A DNA stretch of 64,000 nucleotides from an uncultured Acutalibacter sp. (GCA_964525985.1 CAZGLW010000002.1:3281-67280); one strand, 5' to 3'. Numbered from the stretch's first letter, positions 18,893 through 27,789 are shown. Program-made: numbers and translations. Notes: generated by a model not told the origin, from the letters alone.

Positions 18893-19741
18893 TCAGGAAT
18901 TGGTCAGGATAATGAACAGCTTTTGCAGGTCCATTCCGGTAAATTCCAAGCCGTCGGGGGCCTGTTCTTTTTCCGGCTGGCCCTTCACATATGCGGAACG
19001 CAGTCCGCCGATGGAGTCGGTTCCCATAACCTCTTTCCCTCTCAGGTACTCTTCCACCGCGGGGGCGGGACCGGAAACAGTATAAGCATTCCGCAAAAGC
19101 TCCTCTCTGGGGCAGGCGGCCAAAAGTCTCCCTTCTTTTAAAACGGCCACGTCCTCGATAAATCCGGCAGCCTCCTCGATCAGGTGAGTGGAAAGCACGA
19201 CGGTAAATGGGGCCTCCGCGTATTTTGCCAACAAGATCTTATAAAACAACTCCCGGTGGTTGGCGTCCAGGCCCAACACCGGCTCATCCAGCAGCACATA
19301 TCGGGTGTTCACCGACAGGGCCGTTACCAGTTTAAAAATGGACAGATAACCTGTGGAAAGGCCCTTGATCCTGCCGTCCAGGCTCAGCTCAAAGCTGTCT
19401 GCCAATTTCCTGGCAAAATCCTCGTCGAATCGGGGATAAAAATTTTTTGTCCAGCAAAAAGCCTCTTTTACCCTCATGCTCTCCGGGTAGCAGGTCTGCT
19501 CGCTCATCAGGTACAGGTCAGATTGGACCCTGTCGGCCTCTTTCGCCGGGACCCCATCTATTGTAACCGCACCGCCGTCGGGAAACAGACGGTTGGAAAT
19601 GATATTCAACAGGGTGGATTTCCCCGCCCCGTTACGGCCCAACAGTCCGTAAATCTTATCCTCCCCAAAACTGAGGGTCACATCCTTTAGAGCCTGCACT
19701 GAACCGAACTTCTTTGAAATGTTCTCGCATACGATACTCAT
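18893..19741 (-). CDS. ABC transporter ATP-binding protein
   Basis: GRNGAGKST, LSTG, LLDEP. Confidence 0.95.
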   Translation of the reverse strand: MSIVCENISKKFGSVQALKDVTLSFGEDKIYGLLGRNGAGKSTLLNIISNRLFPDGGAVTIDGVPAKEADRVQSDLYLMSEQTCYPESMRVKEAFCWTKNFYPRFDEDFARKLADSFELSLDGRIKGLSTGYLSIFKLVTALSVNTRYVLLDEPVLGLDANHRELFYKILLAKYAEAPFTVVLSTHLIEEAAGFIEDVAVLKEGRLLAACPREELLRNAYTVSGPAPAVEEYLRGKEVMGTDSIGGLRSAYVKGQPEKEQAPDGLEFTGMDLQKLFIILTNS

Positions 19742-20124
19742 TCCGACGCCTCCTTATCATTCCGAAAACCCTGTTTCATCATGGCGGCCACTTCCTCTTC
19801 CGAAAACCCCAGTCGCAGGGCCTCCCGGACCAGGGGCACCAAGTATTTCCTGTAAAAGCTTTGCTGGCGCTTCTGCAGAATGCGTTCCGCCGCCCCGGGG
19901 GAGACGAACATGCCCACCCCCCGCTTTTTGTACACCGTGCCCTCTTCTGCCAACAGGGTGATGCCCTTTAGGGCCGTAGCCGGGTTGATGGTGTACCGCA
20001 CGGAAAACTCTGTAATGGAAGGGATCTGGCTTCCTTCCGGGAAGGCCCCGGTGAGAACGGCGTCTTCAATACCCTCGGCGATCTGCTGGAATATAGGTTT
20101 TTCTGAATTGAAATCCAGTTCCAT
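19738..20124 (-). CDS. GntR family regulator (YtrA subfamily)
   Basis: PIFQQIA...INPATALK...KKRGVGMFV; short C-terminus; upstream of an ABC exporter. Confidence 0.95.
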   Translation of the reverse strand: MELDFNSEKPIFQQIAEGIEDAVLTGAFPEGSQIPSITEFSVRYTINPATALKGITLLAEEGTVYKKRGVGMFVSPGAAERILQKRQQSFYRKYLVPLVREALRLGFSEEEVAAMMKQGFRNDKEASE

Positions 20125-20141
20125 ACCGCGCCTCCTTCCTA

Positions 20142-20200
20142 GTTAATTAGTCAAGTAATTAACCAAATAACAGTATAATGTGTTCCGCTTTCCTTGTCAA
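20142..20200 (-). promoter_or_regulatory. Sigma-A promoter and YtrA-type operator
   Basis: TTGACA-17-TATACT (20200-20172); palindrome GTTAATTA-N6-TAATTAAC at 20142-20163. Confidence 0.7.
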
Positions 20201-20220
20201 GTACCAAAATAAAAAAATAT

Positions 20221-20252
20221 AAAAAACAGGGCGAAAAGGTTCCTCCCCGCCC
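20221..20252 (-). terminator. Terminator downstream of small basic ORF
   Basis: GGGCGGGGAGG-AA-CCTTTTCGCCC-TGTTTTTT. Confidence 0.55.
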
Positions 20253-20287
20253 GGTCTGCCCCATGCCCCAGTAGGTATTCGGGAGCT

Positions 20288-20479
20288 TTAGAATATAAAA
20301 CCAAAAGGCGCGGAGCCGGGATCGTTCTCCCACTTTCGCGCCTTTTTCCTGTTGTACGCTTTTGGATTTTCCGGCCTCCTGGTCACGGGATTCAGCCCGT
20401 TCCAAGTCTTCCGCCTGGCCATATCCAGCTTTCGTTTTTCCTTTTTCGAAAGCTTTTTATAGGGAATAAATTTCTCCAT
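20288..20479 (-). CDS. Small basic protein (63 aa), candidate alternative ribosome-rescue factor
   Basis: MEKFIPYKKLSKKEKRKL...NPVTRRPENPKAYNRKK; RBS GGAGGAAGG; promoter TTGACA-17-TATTAT (20539-20511); internal hairpin before the stop. Confidence 0.75.
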   Translation of the reverse strand: MEKFIPYKKLSKKEKRKLDMARRKTWNGLNPVTRRPENPKAYNRKKARKWENDPGSAPFGFIF

Positions 20480-20605
20480 ATGATCCCGTCCTTCCTCCAA
20501 GATAGATCTCATAATAGCAGAAAAGCGGGCAAGTGTCAAATCCGTACTAAACCCCGCCCTCCGCCACATAGATATGTACCACATCTATAAGCGAGGGGTG
20601 TCCGT

Positions 20606-20860
20606 ATGCGCAGCAGCGTCATTGATAACAGAGCCACAAGGTTAGGGGAATTCATCGTGGAAAACCAGGCCACCGTCCGCCGGGCGGCCAGGCAGTTTGG
20701 TGTCAGCAAAAGTACGGTACATAAGGACGTTTCCCAGCGGCTGAAATATATCGACAGCGGACTTTACCGGGACGTAAAAAGCGTGCTGGCCGTCAACAAG
20801 GCCCAGCGGCATATCCGGGGCGGTATGGCGACCAGGGAAAAATATAAGAACCTGAAATGA
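20606..20860 (+). CDS. spoIIID: Sporulation transcription regulator SpoIIID
   Basis: ATVRRAARQFGVSKSTVHKD...NKAQRHIRGGMATREKY. Confidence 0.97.
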   Translation: MRSSVIDNRATRLGEFIVENQATVRRAARQFGVSKSTVHKDVSQRLKYIDSGLYRDVKSVLAVNKAQRHIRGGMATREKYKNLK

Positions 20861-20864
20861 AAAC

Positions 20865-20893
20865 GGAGAGCGCCCCCTCTCGGGGCGCTCTCC
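20865..20893. terminator. Hairpin terminator between convergent genes
   Basis: GGAGAGCGCCCC-CTCTC-GGGGCGCTCTCC. Confidence 0.75.
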
Positions 20894-20902
20894 TATTTGT
20901 CG

Positions 20903-21724
20903 CTACGCCTGACCGTTGATCACATCCTGGGGGTCCAGGCACACTCCGTCCCGACGGACCTCGATGTGCAGATGGGGCTGATCCGCAGCCTCACATGGCA
21001 CCGCTGTCACCGTACCAATAGTCTGCCCCTTCGTGACAATATCCCCCTCCTTCACCTGGAAGGCCTCGTCTACGCCGCAGTAGGAAAACTCGTAATCGCC
21101 ATGCTCTATCACGATCACATTCCCAAGCATGGCATCGGTATAGGTGCGCTTTACCTGGCCATTAGCGCAGGCATGCAGTTCCTCGCCCGCCTGAGCGGCC
21201 TGGTCCGCTCCCGTGTGGATCCGCCAGTCCTTCATAGTCGCGGAATATACAGGTGCGCCTGCGCTGTATTGCTTGATAAGCTCCTCAGATTCCAGGGGCC
21301 AAATCATGGATGTGCTCCGTTCGTACAAGGGCGCTGTTGCAGGAACAGTGATACTCTCCTCCTCCTCCTGCTGCTCCGGCTGAGGGGCGGGAACCGGCGA
21401 CGGCGTGACCCCGGGAACTGCCGAAGACGCCGGGCCCACGGCCCGGGCAGTCTGTTCAGGGTCCTTGCTGGCAGAATAAGCCTTACCGCCTGATTCGTCC
21501 TCCGTCCGGGATGTAGAAGAAGCTTCCTCCTCCCGGCTGCTGCGCACTTCCTCCGCCTGCATCTGGTTCAGGGATGACTGGTCCGGTTCGTTGGCTGCCG
21601 TATAGCTGTGGACCGCATCGTAGGTACTCCACGCCGCGATGCCCACCGCCACCAGGCACACAGCCAAAGCCAGGTAAAAGCCGTTCCTCCGGGCCCGTTG
21701 TTCTGAAAATCGTTTTCCGTTCAT
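20903..21724 (-). CDS. M23/LytM peptidase, SpoIIQ-like
   Basis: N-terminal GFYLALAVC TM; YSATMKDWRIHTGAD and PHLHIE; next to spoIIID. Confidence 0.8.
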   Translation of the reverse strand: MNGKRFSEQRARRNGFYLALAVCLVAVGIAAWSTYDAVHSYTAANEPDQSSLNQMQAEEVRSSREEEASSTSRTEDESGGKAYSASKDPEQTARAVGPASSAVPGVTPSPVPAPQPEQQEEEESITVPATAPLYERSTSMIWPLESEELIKQYSAGAPVYSATMKDWRIHTGADQAAQAGEELHACANGQVKRTYTDAMLGNVIVIEHGDYEFSYCGVDEAFQVKEGDIVTKGQTIGTVTAVPCEAADQPHLHIEVRRDGVCLDPQDVINGQA

Positions 21725-21827
21725 AGCTGTTCCATTCCTTTCGGATAAAATACAGTCCTGTGACTGTATTTTGGGCAGGAATGAGGATAGTTATGCAAAA
21801 CAAAATTTACGGAAAACTCTTTTTGGG

Positions 21828-21942
21828 AAAAAAGGAAAAAGCCCGGCCGGATGGCTGGGCTTTTCCTTTTGCTTGAGGGGTATTATTGAGGAGGGTAGAA
21901 CATGTATCTCAAGAAAAGGTGCGGTCCATTTCTTTCGAGTAC
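21828..21942 (-). ncRNA. Candidate trans-acting small RNA with anti-SD motif
   Basis: TATAAT at 21954-21949, 5' hairpin, unpaired CCCUCCUC/CCCCUC, strong terminator at 21828-21870; no credible ORF. Confidence 0.55.
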
Positions 21943-22066
21943 GCTTTCATTATATCCAAAATTCCGCGGGAATTGTTACCGCGTTATGAATAAATCATAA
22001 AAATTTGATAATAGAATTATGAATTTTCAAAAAACAACCGGAAAGAAAAAAACAGAAAAAACATTC

Positions 22067-22078
22067 AAACAAACGTTT
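22067..22078. promoter_or_regulatory. LexA (SOS) box variant AAAC-N4-GTTT overlapping the lexA -35
   Basis: AAACAAACGTTT; promoter TTTACT-18-TATAAT at 22076-22105. Confidence 0.6.
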
Positions 22079-22140
22079 ACTTTTCCCCCGCGTTTATGAT
22101 ATAATGATATAAATAAAATGATAAGAATGCGGGGGTCCCT

Positions 22141-22722
22141 ATGGAGCAGCTAACAAAAAGCCAACAAAAGGTATACGATTTTTTGGTGAAGCAAGCGCCG
22201 GGCGGCGTACCGCCAACCGTGCGGGAAATCTGCGCGGCAACGGGCCTGCGTTCCACCTCTACGGTCCACGCCCATCTGAAAACCCTGGAACGTCTGGGGT
22301 ACATCACCCGGGACGCGGGACTGAACCGTTCCATCCATATCGAGGGCAGCACCGCCGCGGTGCAGGTGCCCGTGCTGGGAAAGGTCACGGCCGGACAGCC
22401 TATCCTGGCCGTACAGGACATTGAAGGCTACCTGCCCTTTCCAGAGAAAGAAGGCAAGGACTTGTTCGCTTTACATGTCAGCGGCCTGAGTATGCGGGAC
22501 GCGGGCATTTTGGATGGGGACTATGTCATCGCCGAACAGACCCCGGCGGCGGAAAACGGCGACATCATTGTTGCAATGATCGACGACGAGGCTACGGTAA
22601 AACGCTTTTTCCGGGAAGGGAACGGGGTGCGCCTGCAACCCGAGAACCCTGATTACAAACCTATACGTTCCGACCACGCCAGCGTGCTTGGCAAGGTCAT
22701 CGCCGTCATGCGGTACTACTAA
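22141..22722 (+). CDS. lexA: SOS repressor LexA
   Basis: PPTVREIC...STSTVHAHL, AG cleavage site (VTAGQP), GLSM, ATVKR. Confidence 0.98.
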   Translation: MEQLTKSQQKVYDFLVKQAPGGVPPTVREICAATGLRSTSTVHAHLKTLERLGYITRDAGLNRSIHIEGSTAAVQVPVLGKVTAGQPILAVQDIEGYLPFPEKEGKDLFALHVSGLSMRDAGILDGDYVIAEQTPAAENGDIIVAMIDDEATVKRFFREGNGVRLQPENPDYKPIRSDHASVLGKVIAVMRYY

Positions 22723-22760
22723 AATAAAGGCTTTGCTGTAAAAATGCCAGTTTCACAGGC

Positions 22761-23477
22761 TTACAGCTTCCCGATCACCGCCATCAATAACCGTTGCGCC
22801 TTTTTGGCGGAATCCTCCGCGAAAGTGCGGAAATCGACGGTGCCGGGATCGTTGGCGTTGTCTGAGATACTGCGCAGCACTGCGCATGGGATTGAATTTG
22901 CCAGGCAAACATGGGCAACGGCGCCGCCCTCCATTTCGCATGCCAAAGCCCCAAATGCGTCGTGGAGCCAGTTCCCCAGCTTCGGGTCAGCAACAAACCT
23001 GTCGCTGGTAGCAATGACCCCGCTGTGTACCGTGCCGTCATAAAGCTTTTCCGCTTCCGCCTTCAGCACGGCGGAAAGATTCTGGTCACATGGAAAGTTG
23101 ACCACATTCTGCCGTCCCCCTCCTGTGGGAACGCTGATCTGTGCCAGCGGGCTGCCAAGAGCGGTACCGTCAAAATCAAATTGTACGCACGAGGTGCCGA
23201 TCACCGCGTCGCCGATATGTACATCAGGCCCGACGCCTCCCGCCACGCCGATATTTAAAATCAGCCGGGGGCTGTAAAAATCCGCCATTGCCTGGGCGCA
23301 CAGGGCCGCGTTTACCTTTCCCTCAGAGCATCGGGCCGCCACAAAAGGCACGCCGGCAAGGGTCCCCCGACAGAAAGTTATCCCGCTGTGTTCTTCCCTG
23401 TTTTCCACTTCAGCCTCTTCCAATATGGCGTCGATCTCCATATCCATAGCGCCGATCACGCCAATGATTTTTCCCAT
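22761..23477 (-). CDS. mtnN: 5'-methylthioadenosine/SAH nucleosidase
   Basis: IGAMDME, GKVNAA, CEMEGGA, RSISDNA. Confidence 0.95.
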   Translation of the reverse strand: MGKIIGVIGAMDMEIDAILEEAEVENREEHSGITFCRGTLAGVPFVAARCSEGKVNAALCAQAMADFYSPRLILNIGVAGGVGPDVHIGDAVIGTSCVQFDFDGTALGSPLAQISVPTGGGRQNVVNFPCDQNLSAVLKAEAEKLYDGTVHSGVIATSDRFVADPKLGNWLHDAFGALACEMEGGAVAHVCLANSIPCAVLRSISDNANDPGTVDFRTFAEDSAKKAQRLLMAVIGKL

Positions 23478-23607
23478 TCTTGCATCTGCCTCCTTCTCAG
23501 CGCCAACTTTGTTTGCTTGTTTGCTTCACGTGCGGAAAATTTCTTTGTCTGCGCGTGGATTCCCGGCGTTCCGAAAAGCCGGGAAACAAATTTGCCGTTC
23601 GAAAAAT

Positions 23608-24906
23608 TTATTTTTTAATCTTTGCGGTTTTTTCCCGGATAAATTTTTCAAAGCTTTCAAAATCACCTTGTTCAAAACCGTACTGGTCAATAAGATATGC
23701 ATTCTCGGGGCCATAATAAAGGTAGATGTACTGGCCCCTTCGGCGGATGTCTGTGATCTGGAAATATGGGTACACACTGCCGGACTGGATGCCGGATACC
23801 CGGAAGCCGTCGTCGTAGAATATGTAGTGGGCCACCTGGGATACCCCCCTTTGGAAGACCTTCATCTGCACCTTTTCAATGGTGCCGGGCATACTGATGA
23901 GCCGGTAGATATAGTAAACTGTAACGCCCACGACGCAAAGCTTTAACCACCAGGTCATATCCATGATAAAGGCCACGGACAGGATCAGAGCGCATACTGC
24001 CGCGCCCACTATCACAGCGCCGATACGTTTGACATACGCCTGATACACGCTGAAAGCGTGGACCGCTTCTTTAGTGCACTCTGTGGAATTGACAAACCGC
24101 ATCTCACCGGTAATGGTGTCCCCCGGGTGCTGCTGGCGGTACTGGCTGAGCCGCTCGGCCATTTTCGCCTTGACCTTTTTATCGCGCCGGTTGCGCACGG
24201 GGATGTAGATAATGGGCAGCAAAACGGCCAGCACCAGAAACCCCAGCATCAGCAGCGCGGGCACAAAATCTTCCGGCTGGGTTTCCGGTTTTTCCAGCAT
24301 ATTGGTAACGGTAAAGGAATTGATTATGCTGTCCAGCAAGGCGACTTGCTCATCGGTGATCTCTTTACTGCCGTTATAGAGTTCAAAGGTGACGGCGTAG
24401 CCGTTGAGAATGGTGCCGCAGATTATGCCGTGAACTTCGGAGTCCTCCATAGAACTGTCCATCCTCATGCGGTAGAACAGCAGGCCGTTTACCTCTTCGT
24501 AACTCTTCTCCAGCTTGACTTCGTCTGACTGGGCCTCGGCCAGGTTGTCCAAAAATGTCTGGCGGTCCTCTTCATCTAGGTCTTTCAGCTGAAAAATGCT
24601 TTGAGACGAAGTGGTTTCTTTTGTCATCACCATGATGTTGGTATCGCCGTTTTCAGTAAAAAAGCTTGCAAGCACGTTAATCTCCTGATAGTTGGAAATA
24701 CGTGTTGCCGGATCGGCGATTCCGGCTAAAGCCCAAGAGGGATCTTCCTCGGAAGAATTTTGATCAAAAGTATAGACAAATTCATCCGGCACCGTTATGG
24801 TAAAATCGCTTTGGCTCCAGGTTGTTGCCGATGCCGGTACGTACAGGGCGGCAAACAAGAGAGCCGCCAAACACATAGAGACCGCTTTTTTCCAATTCAA
24901 ATCCAT
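23608..24906 (-). CDS. Membrane protein with extracellular N-domain and C-terminal YcxB-like domain
   Basis: Signal peptide (ASA), 3 TMs, C-terminal YIFYDDGF...YLYY...AYLI...FEKFIREK. Confidence 0.7.
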   Translation of the reverse strand: MDLNWKKAVSMCLAALLFAALYVPASATTWSQSDFTITVPDEFVYTFDQNSSEEDPSWALAGIADPATRISNYQEINVLASFFTENGDTNIMVMTKETTSSQSIFQLKDLDEEDRQTFLDNLAEAQSDEVKLEKSYEEVNGLLFYRMRMDSSMEDSEVHGIICGTILNGYAVTFELYNGSKEITDEQVALLDSIINSFTVTNMLEKPETQPEDFVPALLMLGFLVLAVLLPIIYIPVRNRRDKKVKAKMAERLSQYRQQHPGDTITGEMRFVNSTECTKEAVHAFSVYQAYVKRIGAVIVGAAVCALILSVAFIMDMTWWLKLCVVGVTVYYIYRLISMPGTIEKVQMKVFQRGVSQVAHYIFYDDGFRVSGIQSGSVYPYFQITDIRRRGQYIYLYYGPENAYLIDQYGFEQGDFESFEKFIREKTAKIKK

Positions 24907-25060
24907 CCATTCCTTTCTTCAGTATAGGTTTGGGGCGTATTGCCTATTCAGTATAACACATTTGCCCTCTTAACAAAAGTAAAAAGCCAAAAAAATAACA
25001 AAAAGATTGACTCCTCACTGGAATCGGCGTAAAATCTAAATGAAAGGACGGGATCAGAAC

Positions 25061-25822
25061 ATGATTACTGCGGTTATTACCGGCGCTTCCAGCGGTCTGG
25101 GAAAAGAGTACATCAACGCCATTATCGCCCAATATCCCACGGTGGATGCTTTTTGGCTGATAGCCCGCCGGAAAGAGGCGTTAAAGGAGATTGCCGAGGA
25201 GCACCCCGACAAAACGATCGCCGCTATCTCCCTGGACCTGTCAAAAGAAGAAAGCCTTACGATCTTTGAACAGCTTTTGAAAGAGAACAATCCGGAAATC
25301 AAAGTCCTTGTAAACAATGCCGGCTATGGCAAGTGTGCAGACTTTTTCTCCTCCGGCCGGGGGATTCAAACCGGGATGGTGGACCTGAACTGTCGGGCCT
25401 TAACTGGCATAACCCGGCTATGTCTGCCATATATGCTGGATGACAGTCTGATTTTGAATATCTCCTCTATCGCCGCTTTTGCCCCTTGCCCCCGCATGAG
25501 TGTGTACAGTGCCACAAAATCGTATGTCCTGGCCCTTTCCAAAGCCCTCCACGACGAACTGCGGCCCAGGGGCATCAAGGTCACCGCCGTGTGTCCAGGC
25601 CCTATGGACACGGATTTCTGGAATGTGGCCGGCGTCCCCGAAGGCAAGTCCAAGCTGATCGACAAGCTTCCCAAAGTCTCTCCCCAACAGGTGGCCGTTT
25701 GTTCTCTCAGGGCCGCCAAGCGGGGCAAAATGGTGTATACCAAAGGCATTTTCTATAAAATCTACCATGTGCTGGGGAAGATTTTGCCCCACGGATTTTT
25801 GATGCAGTTCACAGAGGTGTGA
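25061..25822 (+). CDS. Short-chain dehydrogenase/reductase
   Basis: TGASSGLG, NNAG, YSATK. Confidence 0.95.
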   Translation: MITAVITGASSGLGKEYINAIIAQYPTVDAFWLIARRKEALKEIAEEHPDKTIAAISLDLSKEESLTIFEQLLKENNPEIKVLVNNAGYGKCADFFSSGRGIQTGMVDLNCRALTGITRLCLPYMLDDSLILNISSIAAFAPCPRMSVYSATKSYVLALSKALHDELRPRGIKVTAVCPGPMDTDFWNVAGVPEGKSKLIDKLPKVSPQQVAVCSLRAAKRGKMVYTKGIFYKIYHVLGKILPHGFLMQFTEV

Positions 25823-25823
25823 T

Positions 25824-26351
25824 ATGGAAAATGTTTTCCTGCGCCCTCTGGATCCGGAGGATGCGCCTTTGCTGTTAAAGTGGATGACCGACCCTCAGGT
25901 TCTGGAATGGTACGAGGGCCGGGACCAGGTTTTCACCCCGGAACGGGTACAGGAAGACTTTTTTGAGGAAGAGCCCGGTATGCGCCGGTGGGCTGTTCTC
26001 TATCATGGCAGACCCGTGGGCTACGCCCAGACATACCCCCTGGACGAGGAAGGACTGAAGGAGTACGGCCTTCCTCCCTCGGAAAAAAATGTATTCGCAA
26101 TGGACCAGTTTATCGGTGAGCCGGACTGCTGGGGGAAACACATTGGCCGGAGTTTCGTTTCCCTGCTTGTCTCTTATCTGACGGAACAGGAGGAGGCCGG
26201 CGCTGTAGTGCTGGACCCCCATGTGAGTAACCCCAGGGCCGTCCGGTGTTATGAAGCCTGCGGCTTTCGGAAAATAAAAATCCTTCCCGCCCACGAATGG
26301 CACGAGGGCAGGAAGGAAGACTGCTTTTTGATGAAGTATCACAAATCGTGA
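25824..26351 (+). CDS. GNAT acetyltransferase (AAC(6')-Ie-like family)
   Basis: WYEGRD, MDQFIGEP..WGKHIG, LDPHVSNPRAVRCYE. Confidence 0.85.
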   Translation: MENVFLRPLDPEDAPLLLKWMTDPQVLEWYEGRDQVFTPERVQEDFFEEEPGMRRWAVLYHGRPVGYAQTYPLDEEGLKEYGLPPSEKNVFAMDQFIGEPDCWGKHIGRSFVSLLVSYLTEQEEAGAVVLDPHVSNPRAVRCYEACGFRKIKILPAHEWHEGRKEDCFLMKYHKS

Positions 26352-26362
26352 TACTTCTTTCT

Positions 26363-27103
26363 TTATGGTACTGCATTTCCCGGGAATCCCCCGATCAGGT
26401 CCTTTACGATCTCCGCCGCCATCAAAAGCCCGGCGGCGCCGGGTACAAAAGCCATGCTGCCCGGAGGGGTACGCCCGGCGGTGCCCTTTGTTTCCCCGCT
26501 CTCCGGGGGTGCAGGCACGACCGCTTCCTCCGTGGAGAACACCACTTTCACATGGTCGATCCCCCGCTTTTTCAGTTCTCTTCGCATGACCCTGGCCAGA
26601 GGGCACACGCTGGTTTTAGAAATATCCTCCACCCGAAAGGCCATAGGGTCAAATTTATTGCCGGTACCCATACAGGAAATCACCGGCACACCCGCCTCTT
26701 TTGCCCGACGGATGATCTCCAGCTTGGCGGCCACTGTATCCACCGCGTCGGCCACATAATCAAACTGAGCGAAGTCCAGAGCCCCGGCGTTTTCGGGCAA
26801 AAAGAACAGGGGTAAGGCCCGCACCCGGCAGTTTGGGTTGATTTCCAGCACCCGCTCTTTGGCCGCTTCGGCTTTTGGCTTTCCCACCGTGCTTTCCAAA
26901 GCGATGATCTGACGGTTCAGGTTGGTAACAGCCACCACATCCCCGTCGATGATATCCAAAGCCCCCACGCCGCTGCGGGCCAGAGCTTCTATGACATAAC
27001 TGCCGACGCCCCCGGTGCCAAACACGGCAACCCTGGCATTTTTCAGTTTGCTAAGCTTTTCCGGGCCAATCAGCATCTCTTCCCTTGCAAACCGTTCCCT
27101 CAC
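26363..27103 (-). CDS. tcdA: tRNA threonylcarbamoyladenosine dehydratase (ThiF family)
   Basis: GTGGVGS, TNLNRQ, CPLAR...VVFSTE; GTG start overlaps the comF stop. Confidence 0.9.
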   Translation of the reverse strand: MRERFAREEMLIGPEKLSKLKNARVAVFGTGGVGSYVIEALARSGVGALDIIDGDVVAVTNLNRQIIALESTVGKPKAEAAKERVLEINPNCRVRALPLFFLPENAGALDFAQFDYVADAVDTVAAKLEIIRRAKEAGVPVISCMGTGNKFDPMAFRVEDISKTSVCPLARVMRRELKKRGIDHVKVVFSTEEAVVPAPPESGETKGTAGRTPPGSMAFVPGAAGLLMAAEIVKDLIGGFPGNAVP

Positions 27104-27789
27104 AGCCTGTCCTCCTTCAGGGGCGCGTCGGCAATACACAGGCCCGCTACCTCCTTTGCGCCTGCCCGGTACAGGGCTAAAGCGCACTCGGTCATAGTAG
27201 CCCCCGTGGTAACAATGTCGTCCACGAGCAGCACGCGTTTCCCCGCCGCGCCGCTCCCGGCTTCATATGCCATTTTTACGTTCGCCAGCCGTTCCTGCCG
27301 GGGCAACTCGTGCTGGACCGCCGTATCCCGCACCTTGCGCAGAATGGGCAGCAGCGGCAGCCCCAGAGCTTTTGCTACAGATCTTGCCAAAAGCTGGCTC
27401 TGGTCATATCCCCGCTTTTTCTTCCCAGCCGGGGACAAGGGGACCCAGGCCACCCCATCAAAGGTGCCCAGCCCTTCCGCAGCTGCGGCCATCATTCGTC
27501 CAAATGGTCTGGCCAAAGCCTTTTTCCCCTGAAACTTCATCCTGTGGATATTCTCCCGGCAGCCGCCCGTATAGGCAAAAGGGGCCATCACCACAAATTT
27601 CTCCCCATTGCCTGCGGTCAGGCGGAACCGGCGTTCCCTGGGCCCTTCGGGCAATTTCTTCCCGCAAGCCCCGCACAGCGCCTCCCCCGGAGCGATCCGC
27701 GCCCCGCACAACAGACACCTGGGTGGGAAGAAAAACCCCAAAAACAGTTCCCCAACTCCGGCGTTTAAGCCCTTCATATGGTCCGGCAA
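27100..27789 (-). CDS. ComF family protein
   Basis: FPPRCLLC...CGAC, RGYDQS, LLVDDIVTTGAT. Confidence 0.9.
   Translation of the reverse strand: MPDHMKGLNAGVGELFLGFFFPPRCLLCGARIAPGEALCGACGKKLPEGPRERRFRLTAGNGEKFVVMAPFAYTGGCRENIHRMKFQGKKALARPFGRMMAAAAEGLGTFDGVAWVPLSPAGKKKRGYDQSQLLARSVAKALGLPLLPILRKVRDTAVQHELPRQERLANVKMAYEAGSGAAGKRVLLVDDIVTTGATMTECALALYRAGAKEVAGLCIADAPLKEDRL

Noticed and set aside
23480-23606. Hairpin and AAGCAAAC repeat upstream of mtnN as a SAM/SAH riboswitch
   Set aside because: No S-box, SMK or SAH conserved cores visible.
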